Positions 57,916-64,000 of a stretch of DNA of 64,000 bases are shown in pieces; the stretch's first letter is position 1, and each line of letters begins with the position of its first letter. Under the pieces are notes generated by a model. That model saw nothing but the letters and a program-made list of their open reading frames with translations, made no database searches and had not been told where the DNA came from. Location of the stretch: positions 323,030 through 387,029 of the forward strand of contig CBDFLQ010000005.1 of NCBI GenBank assembly GCA_965249275.1, given 5' to 3'. Source of the DNA: Dehalococcoidia bacterium. GTDB lineage: Bacteria; Chloroflexota; Dehalococcoidia; Plut-88900. A program made the translations under genes and the position numbers.

Positions 57916-58014
57916 GGGGCCTTCCTTCGCTGCTCTCTTAGGCTCGGGACCTAGGGGTCGAATGTTACCACCAAGGGGGGAGGGGTGGGGCAATCAGCGG
58001 GAGGGTTAAGTAGC

Positions 58015-58371
58015 CTAGTAGAAGATGGAACGGGTGGGGACTAGTCGCCATTGCACCGGGTCGGCTGCAAGGCGCAGGCCTTCAAGGGTGTAGGCCCCCA
58101 GGAGGGGTGGGGTGCCGTCTTCGCCGAATATCACCAATGAGACCTCACTGGCCCCGTCTATGGTGACCCAGACCCGTCCCATCTCCAGCTCAACGATTCG
58201 ACCGTCCGCCAGTTCGAATTCGGCTTTGCCGATTGATGCGACGCCCAACCGGCGCAACATACCGTATGGCAACATGGTATAGGTTGCCCCGGTGTCCACC
58301 GTTGCCTCGATGTCCAGCACCTCTCCGCCGTCCATGCTGGTAATTTGTAACGGCGAGCTAAAAACTCCCAT
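58015..58371 (-). CDS. Retropepsin-like (clan AA) aspartic protease domain protein
   Basis: 118 aa. VDTGAT active-site motif and a single-domain size consistent with homodimeric retropepsin-like proteins. Confidence 0.6.
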   Translation of the reverse strand: MGVFSSPLQITSMDGGEVLDIEATVDTGATYTMLPYGMLRRLGVASIGKAEFELADGRIVELEMGRVWVTIDGASEVSLVIFGEDGTPPLLGAYTLEGLRLAADPVQWRLVPTRSIFY

Positions 58372-58517
58372 ATTGGGAACCTCTTTCTAAGCTATGTCGC
58401 CTGGCTATGTCACCTGATGGCTGGAACTCAATCCAAACCTTACCAAAAGCTGCAGCAAGTTTGCCACACATCTCAATCCCTGTGGTATTTTGAGCATGCC
58501 CAACGGCTCAACTGGAG

Positions 58518-59075
58518 ATGCTTGCCTTGAACATGACAAATGCCGACCAATCCTTTATCCGAAGGATGTACACCGCCGACAACCTACCTGTCTTGCAACG
58601 ACTCCCCGACGCATCAGTCGACCTCATCTACCTGGACCCGCCCTTCAATTCCAACCGGGACTACGCTGCGCCTATAACGGTTAAGAACCCCAAGACCGGC
58701 AAGCGGGAAAAGCACCTGGCCGAGTTCAAGGACACTTGGACTTTCACTGATGACGACGCCGAGTGGTTATATGTTATTAGGTCTGACTATCCCACCGTCT
58801 ATGCAGTGATCGAGTCAGTCAAAACAGCCCACAGCTTCCGCATGGCGGGCTACTTGTGCATGATGGCTGTCCGGTTACTCGAAATGCAACGCATTCTCAA
58901 GCATAGCGGGGCGATATATCTACACTGCGATCCTACCGCATCTCACTATCTGAAACTGCTCATGGACACAGTATTCGGCCCGTCAAACTTCAAGGCTGAC
59001 ATTACTTGGAGGCGAACTAGCAGCCATAACGACGTAAGGCGGAATTACGGTGCATTGGGAGACAACTTATTCTTT
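58518..59075 (+). pseudogene. DNA methyltransferase-HNH gene, 5' fragment (interrupted by transposon)
   Basis: Beta-class order, with motif IV first (DLIYLDPPFNS). The frame runs into the transposon IR and stops after 6 foreign codons (ORF-track end 59093). Confidence 0.85.
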
Positions 59076-59123
59076 GGGAATTATATACAATAAGGCATCA
59101 GGAATTGGCCTGATAAACCATAC

Positions 59124-59525
59124 CTATCGTGGACGACGGCCCAACGTCGAGGTTGTGTGACCTGTTGCCGTGTTATTTTCCGCCGACCACTCCCAATTTC
59201 GGGTCAACTCTTTCAGCCATTGGGCACCTTCGGCAGCATCAAAATCACTCGCACCGCAATCGGGCCAATTGGGGCGACCAGAATAGTTCATCTTCACTCC
59301 CTGCGCCGATGCAATGAACCAGACCGAATCAGCGTCTGTTCGCTCCTTAGAATTATCACGACCCCATTCAACGTACATTGAAAAGGGAGACACATTTACA
59401 TTCGTCGGCCAAACAAAATCGTTCGGAAGATGCTCCAACAGCGCCTCCAGCGCCTGCGTCATCTGATGCATGCTGTCTACCACCCCGTACATGGACCCGC
59501 ATCCCGAAGAACCTTCAATCGTCAT
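59124..59525 (-). CDS. Hypothetical protein (transposon passenger)
   Basis: 133-aa ORF with no recognisable motif. Confidence 0.45.
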   Translation of the reverse strand: MTIEGSSGCGSMYGVVDSMHQMTQALEALLEHLPNDFVWPTNVNVSPFSMYVEWGRDNSKERTDADSVWFIASAQGVKMNYSGRPNWPDCGASDFDAAEGAQWLKELTRNWEWSAENNTATGHTTSTLGRRPR

Positions 59526-59629
59526 AATACTCCTTGCTTACGAACATCTTAGCTATCCAACTGTCTCTTTTTCCCGCGTCTCGCCGTAGGTCTTTACTAC
59601 TCTCTCGGGGTTTGAGAACGTGGGTTGGT

Positions 59630-59718
59630 GGGTAAGTGCCGGAACCGGCAGACGGGCTATCCTGCCAAGATAGTGGCCCTTCGTGGTCGTAGGGGTTCGA
59701 TCCCCCTCTTACCCACCA
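59630..59718 (+). tRNA. Class II (long variable arm) tRNA, Leu-type scaffold, anticodon GCC (isotype/anticodon mismatch)
   Basis: Hand fold. Acceptor GGGTAAG/CTTACCC, U8, D arm CCG-GAACCGGCAGA-CGG, anticodon stem CTATC/GATAG with loop CTGCCAA (GCC at 59664-59666). 17-nt variable arm, T arm AGGGG-TTCGATC-CCCCT, A73, encoded CCA. Confidence 0.7.
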
Positions 59719-59728
59719 ACCCCTCTAA

Positions 59729-59956
59729 TTATCCTCGAGGCGGGAAGGGATCGTTGCCGTAGCTGTCCTTCTCCCTGATCTTCCCGTCCTTGCCATGTAA
59801 GTAATACTCGGCGTCATGGTTTCGAGCAACCTGCCGGCCGTAAGAATCTGCCTCGGCCTGGGTATCGAAGGACTTCGTAATCCTCGATGCTCCGCCCTTC
59901 CGCACAGCCCACTTATCCCCATAGGGAACGGTGTGTTGAGTTTCTTTGCGTGCCAT
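59729..59956 (-). CDS. DUF2188-like small protein (transposon passenger)
   Basis: 75 aa. ...W.V.K.G..R..K.F.TQ.EA...GR..A.N....Y.HG.DG.I pattern. Confidence 0.55.
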   Translation of the reverse strand: MARKETQHTVPYGDKWAVRKGGASRITKSFDTQAEADSYGRQVARNHDAEYYLHGKDGKIREKDSYGNDPFPPRG

Positions 59957-60293
59957 TACATTACCTCTGTTATCTAAGGTGCTACCTCTTTATGGTCCTT
60001 CCCGTCGTCCTGCTCCTCACCCTTCTTGGGATTCGGCCCCTTCACCACCGCCCGTAGCACATCCTCAAACGTGTCGGGTATGTGGAGCCTCTCAAACGGG
60101 CTTCTGTCTTCGCTCTTTTTCATCTTATATAGATTATACCCCCACTTGCCTGAGATTGAAACACCTGTGCGGTATGGCACTATAGAAACTAAGGGGGGGT
60201 AAGTAGACGGTAGACTTTACCCTCCCTACCTGTTGATAATTCCAATATAGAAGAAAGCCTTGGAGGTTAATCACATCTCCAAGACTCTCATCA

Positions 60294-60382
60294 GCCGTAG
60301 TGGTGGAACTGGTAGACACGCCCGGCTTGCACCCGGGTGGACTAATCGTCCGTGCAGGGTTCGAATCCCGCCTACGGCACCA
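60294..60382 (+). tRNA. Class II tRNA, Leu-type scaffold, anticodon UGC (isotype/anticodon mismatch)
   Basis: Hand fold. Acceptor GCCGTAG/CTACGGC, D arm GTG-GAACTGGTAGA-CAC, anticodon stem CCCGG/CCGGG with loop CTTGCAC (TGC at 60328-60330). 16-nt variable arm (GGAC/GTCC stem). T arm GC(A)GGG-TTCGAAT-CCCGC with one bulged A. A73 and encoded CCA. Confidence 0.6.
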
Positions 60383-60598
60383 CTCTTCTTGATCCCTATT
60401 TTCATTATAAACACCTCTTCACCTTCCTGTAAATTCGTTGACGTCTACCCCCTGTGGGTGTACCTTGTCCCCGCTTAGGTAGTCTACCCGTACGCTGAAC
60501 GTTATTTGGGCATGGGGCCGCTCATGCCCCCTTGCCAGTGAAACGGGCCAGGACTGCCTAAGCAACGGTCACCAGCCTAGCTGCAAGGGGGTTCCAAT

Positions 60599-61144
60599 AT
60601 GACAAAAAGCCGAATCGGGTTTTGGCTACTCATCTCTCTAATCCCTATGGGATTACTCACCTTCCTCGGATTCATCATAAGCATTGTTCTATTCATAGGG
60701 TCCAGTAGTGATGAACCAGAGGGAGCCGAAATAGCATGTACCTTTGTCTTCTTTGCTTCGCTCTTCTACTGGTGGGGTGCTCTCTTCACCGGCATCGGAT
60801 TGAAGATATTGTCCAGGCGGGAAAATCAGCAGATGTTTGCTCAAGCTCAGCGATACGCCGAGGTACACGGATGGCAACCCATCTCGCAGTCCGCATGGAG
60901 AGCACTTAAAGCAGACAGAGCTTCCCTTGCTGTAAGTCGAAGCATTCAGGGGACGATGTATACCCTCACTATCGCATCAGGAGTGAACACCACCACTGTC
61001 ACTAACTTCGCTACACCTCTATGGGCACTACAATTTGGTGACTGGTTATGGGAGAGAACGGGGGGCGAAAACATCACCCCAGAGACAGCACAGGCTCAAC
61101 GGCAAGAATGGTCTCAGAACTTGGCAATCATTCCCACCGTCTAG
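60599..61144 (+). CDS. Hypothetical membrane protein (transposon passenger)
   Basis: 181 aa with two N-terminal TM helices. Confidence 0.5.
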   Translation: MTKSRIGFWLLISLIPMGLLTFLGFIISIVLFIGSSSDEPEGAEIACTFVFFASLFYWWGALFTGIGLKILSRRENQQMFAQAQRYAEVHGWQPISQSAWRALKADRASLAVSRSIQGTMYTLTIASGVNTTTVTNFATPLWALQFGDWLWERTGGENITPETAQAQRQEWSQNLAIIPTV

Positions 61145-61159
61145 CCATCCATACGGTAA

Positions 61160-62077
61160 CTACACATTGGTAATTAAGTCGTCGTAGGTTAGTCGCTTGC
61201 CGTGCGTTCCCTTGATCAACCTCTTCATCTGGTCAAGGGTATCCATGGGCCGGTCGTTGTGCCGCCCAGCGAACTCGGTGGCATAGCGGCTCAAGTGTTT
61301 GGGAGAGACATGGTGGTAAGTACCCATAATCCCCCGCTTGAGCATGGCCCAGTGGCTCTCGATGCTGTTGGTCGTAACCTCACCCCTAACGTACTCCCCG
61401 GTGGCATGATCAACCGCTTCGTGCTTCAAGGGAATACCCCTGTAGGAGAGGTGTCCATCACTGTGCAAGGTAGCGTCCGGTTCAACGTTGTCGAGAACGA
61501 ATCCTTGGAGAATGGGTTTCTTCGTAGAGGGAAGCACCTCGGCCTTGATCTGATTAGTTGGCTTATCCAAGAGCCCCGCCACGATGGCCTTACCTTTAGG
61601 CCCTCTCCCCATGCCTCTCCACTTCCCGCCAACGTAGGTCTCATCCACCTCGACAGGCCCTCCGAAGAGTCCCTGCTCTGACTCCCACGCCTTCCGTATC
61701 CTGTGCGCCAAGTGCCAAGCTGATTTTTGGGTAATGTTGAGGTCCCGATGCAATTTCATCGAGGAAACGCCCTTGAGGTTCGTGGTCATGAGGTAAATGG
61801 CGATACCCCACTTGGAGAGAGGAAGGTTGGAACCGTGCATGACGGTGCCAGTTTTGACGGAAAATTCCAGCTGGCAGTAGGTGCAGTGTAAGGGCTTTAC
61901 CTTGCGGTTGGGGCGACGGGTGATCTCCATGCCGCCACAGCGGGGGCATGATATACCGCTGGGCCAACGAGACTCGATGAATAACTGCTCAGCCTTTTCC
62001 TCGGTGGAGAATAATTTAGTGACCTCCAGAAGGGACAAACCCTTCCGATAATGCTTACCTGGGGCGTTCCGTGCCAT
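61160..62077 (-). CDS. IS1595-family (ISXO2-like) transposase
   Basis: N-terminal zinc ribbon (CPRCGG...CTYC), then a DDE domain (VEVDETYVGG...LHSDGHLSY...NSIESHWAMLKR). The ORF extends to 62221, but MARNAPGKHY at 62077 is the likely start. Confidence 0.9.
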   Translation of the reverse strand: MARNAPGKHYRKGLSLLEVTKLFSTEEKAEQLFIESRWPSGISCPRCGGMEITRRPNRKVKPLHCTYCQLEFSVKTGTVMHGSNLPLSKWGIAIYLMTTNLKGVSSMKLHRDLNITQKSAWHLAHRIRKAWESEQGLFGGPVEVDETYVGGKWRGMGRGPKGKAIVAGLLDKPTNQIKAEVLPSTKKPILQGFVLDNVEPDATLHSDGHLSYRGIPLKHEAVDHATGEYVRGEVTTNSIESHWAMLKRGIMGTYHHVSPKHLSRYATEFAGRHNDRPMDTLDQMKRLIKGTHGKRLTYDDLITNV

Positions 62078-62390
62078 GCGCTGATCTCCTACTTCGGCTA
62101 TCCTTGTTGACATAACTATTATAACACATCTCCTAATTTGTGTAAACAATGCCCAAGCAATGGAGAAAACATGGAAAATACTGCTAAAACTTGGACACAA
62201 TTTCAGTGGAAATAGTATCATACGGAGGGCAGGGTACGCAAGGAATTTATGGCACCAGGAGGCACCAATGGTCCCCTATCGGGGAATGAAACTCAGCCGG
62301 CTCCACTTTGAATAGACGTTCTGCAAAAACGTCGTGGGGTTGGCTACAAGAAGGACATTTTAGACCCTTGCATACCCTGCCAATACAACG

Positions 62391-62487
62391 TGAGAGGACA
62401 TGCCTGTTGGTGCAGGCCAGAATTTGCCAAACTCTTGAGAACGTTGGCATATCCAACGTTGCGGTTCGATTCCGATCCTCTCCGCCA
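62391..62487 (+). tRNA. Aberrant tRNA-like gene (non-canonical cloverleaf, anticodon loop TTGCCAA = GCC); possibly a pseudogene
   Basis: 7-bp acceptor GAGAGGA/TCCTCTC flanked by mismatches. 5-bp D stem GCCTG/CAGGC. Anticodon stem AGAAT/ACTCT with one A-C mismatch. 8-bp variable-arm stem AACGTTGG/CCAACGTT. 3-bp T stem with a TTCGATT loop. G73 + CCA. Confidence 0.35.
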
Positions 62488-62875
62488 TCAAATAATTTGT
62501 ATTATCATATAGATGAGGGGAGTAGTGGTAATCCGGTAGACTCTCGATGTTCCCAACATCGGCATTGCTTAGGTAGTGTGTGTCAGACGCTGGCACAGAG
62601 TTTTTACAGAGGAACCATCTACTCTCCTTCAAGATTATACATGTCGCAGTCCCTGGCTGTGTGACAGGAACGCCTTGGTACCAGCGTTGGGCTTTCAACC
62701 TGACTGCGCCTCCATATCTCCTCAATTTGAATGGGAAACAAGATGGACGACCAGACATATGTCACTGTTGGAGGTTTGGCAAGACCTCCTTGATGAATTA
62801 GCGCTCGTGTTCAGCGTCGCTTCATATCTGGTCGTCCATCTCCCACTGCTTGATGCCTTATTGTATATAATTCCC

Positions 62876-63771
62876 TATTCTTTTATACGAAGAGCACTAA
62901 TTTCATATTTAATACTCAATACATGCCTTACTCCAAAGAGCACATGGAGAAATTTTACTCCCACATCGATAAAGACGGCAGAAAGTACAGCACTGACAAT
63001 TTGAGAAGCCCTGCACCCAGACCTAATTTGACTTACGAGTACAAGGGATACAAACCTCACCCCAATGGGTGGACAGTGTCACTTGAGAGAATGAAGCGAC
63101 TCGACGCAGAGGGGCGTCTTCATTTTCCGAAAAAGAAGGACGGTCGAATCCGCATAAAGAAATTCCTTGATGAAATGCCCGGCGTGCCTATGGGCAATAT
63201 ATGGGATGACATCAGACCTATCTCATCTCACTCTGAAGAACGCCTAGGCTACCCTACCCAGAAACCCTTGGCCCTGCTAGAACGCGTAATTAGGGCATCC
63301 ACCAACGAGGGCGATCTAGTTTTGGACCCCTTTGCGGGTTGCGCCACGGCCTGTGTCGCAGCGGAGAAACTGAAACGGCAGTGGATCGGCATTGACGTGA
63401 GCGACCTTGCAGTCAAGCACGTCTTGGAGCGCATCCAGGATGGTTACAACCAGGGCGACTTCCCGGATATCCTTGAAACAGGGTTCCATCCCGACAAGGT
63501 GGATCACTTAGTTATCAGTGGGGAGGCACGCGCCCCGCGCTACCAAGACCGCAAGCCGGAGCTATACGTACACCAGAACGGCAGGTGTGCGGGCTGCCAC
63601 CTCGAACTCCCGGAGCGCCTTCTGGCCGTGGACCATATTAAGCCGAGATCCAAGGGGGGCGCCGACGCTATCGAAAACCTTCAACTCCTCTGCACTGACT
63701 GCAACTCCCGCAAAGGCAACCGGGACATGAAATACCTGTTGGAGTCCCTAAAGAGGGACGGAATAATTTAG
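62876..63771 (+). pseudogene. DNA methyltransferase-HNH gene, 3' fragment
   Basis: In frame with the 5' fragment once the transposon and one TSD copy are removed (…LFF|YTKSTNFIFNTQYMPYSKEH…). Contains PTQKP, AdoMet motif I (DPFAGCATA) and a C-terminal HNH nuclease (CAGCH...DHIKPRSKGG...NLQLLCTDCNSRKGN). Confidence 0.85.
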
Positions 63772-63789
63772 AGGCGAGGGCTTTCCAAT

Positions 63790-64000
63790 ATGACCATAGA
63801 CATTCACAACCACATCTGGACCCGGGAGTATCTTTCCGACCACTGGTGGGATATTTACGCAAACTTTTTCTCTAGCTATATCACCGACTCCCCATTCTCG
63901 GGGACGCCGGAGGAGATAGACCGGAACCTGTTTGCCAAATGCTTTGATCCCGACGGCTCGGAGTGCATAGTGGAGATGGATGAGGCGGGGATAGACGTGG
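63790..64000 (+). CDS. Amidohydrolase-family protein (5' partial, runs off window)
   Basis: MTIDIHNHIW... is the typical metal-binding start (HxH) of amidohydrolase-2/ACMSD-like enzymes. No stop occurs before the window end. Confidence 0.6.
   Translation, partial: MTIDIHNHIWTREYLSDHWWDIYANFFSSYITDSPFSGTPEEIDRNLFAKCFDPDGSECIVEMDEAGIDV

Larger units (their letters stand above)
59076..62875 (-). mobile_element. IS1595-type transposon (3800 bp) carrying passenger genes and tRNA-like genes
   Basis: 25-bp perfect terminal IRs GGGAATTATATACAATAAGGCATCA (59076-59100 / 62851-62875; 26 of 27 if extended). 8-bp direct repeat TATTCTTT at 59068-59075 and 62876-62883. Encodes an IS1595/ISXO2-like transposase. 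Confidence 0.85.

Noticed and set aside
59627-59721. Alternative reading of tRNA-like gene 1 with a 10-bp acceptor (GGTGGGTAAG/CTTACCCACC), i.e. a tRNA-Sec-like fold
   Set aside because: The extra 3 bp are explained by the encoded CCA pairing with an upstream TGG. The 7/5 fold leaves A73 + CCA in register, and the anticodon is GCC rather than UCA.
62517-62628. Possible fourth tRNA-like gene: Leu-type D arm TGGTAATCCGGTAGAC, perfect anticodon stem CGATG/CATCG with loop TTCCCAA (CCC, Gly), acceptor GGGGAGT/ACTCTCC
   Set aside because: It has no recognisable T arm (no TTCRA loop) and ~45 nt lie between the anticodon stem and the acceptor 3' strand. It would be ~111 nt long with no CCA. I did not call it as a feature, but it is worth including in a covariance-model scan because it would add a third Gly anticodon to the set.

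Overview
GC-rich bacterial chromosomal segment. By eye it is about 60% GC, with visibly AT-richer islands at ~30.5-31.1 kb, 49-52 kb and 58.4-63.8 kb. TTG/GTG starts are frequent. Housekeeping genes present: dnaE, folC, fabF, metG, hisS, nadE, recA, recX, ogt, and a MoxR/DUF58/transglutaminase operon. These are interleaved with catabolic or accessory enzymes: M20 peptidase, SDRs, an OYE/FadH-like reductase, a CoA-transferase, amidohydrolases, an LLM monooxygenase and a CrtI-like oxidoreductase. Mobile DNA is unusually abundant: two identical IS5 copies, two identical IS481 copies and one 3.8-kb IS1595-type transposon. There are two higBA modules and at least four families of short hairpin repeats that fill nearly every intergenic gap. 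Eukaryote-like proteins are present (two plant-type LRR lipoproteins and a TIMP/NTR-like secreted protein). Together with the enzyme repertoire these suggest a marine or host-associated (Chloroflexota/SAR202-like?) genome, but that is low-confidence inference. The most interesting signals are as follows. (1) The IS1595-type transposon has inserted precisely into a methyltransferase-HNH gene. It carries three long-variable-arm tRNA-like genes with Leu-type scaffolds but Gly (GCC, GCC) and Ala (UGC) anticodons. (2) Two paralogous ~600-650 nt non-coding elements share an identical strong promoter, a conserved 5' domain, a covarying hairpin and a long-range helix that closes a hypervariable 340-370 nt insert. 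I read this as a candidate new large structured RNA. (3) The dnaE gene has a 124-aa in-frame linker built from the intergenic repeat families. (4) A solitary 1014-aa nuclease-like + gamma-class N6A methyltransferase fusion lies next to recA. All calls come from reading the sequence and ORF track only; no database searches or covariance models were run.
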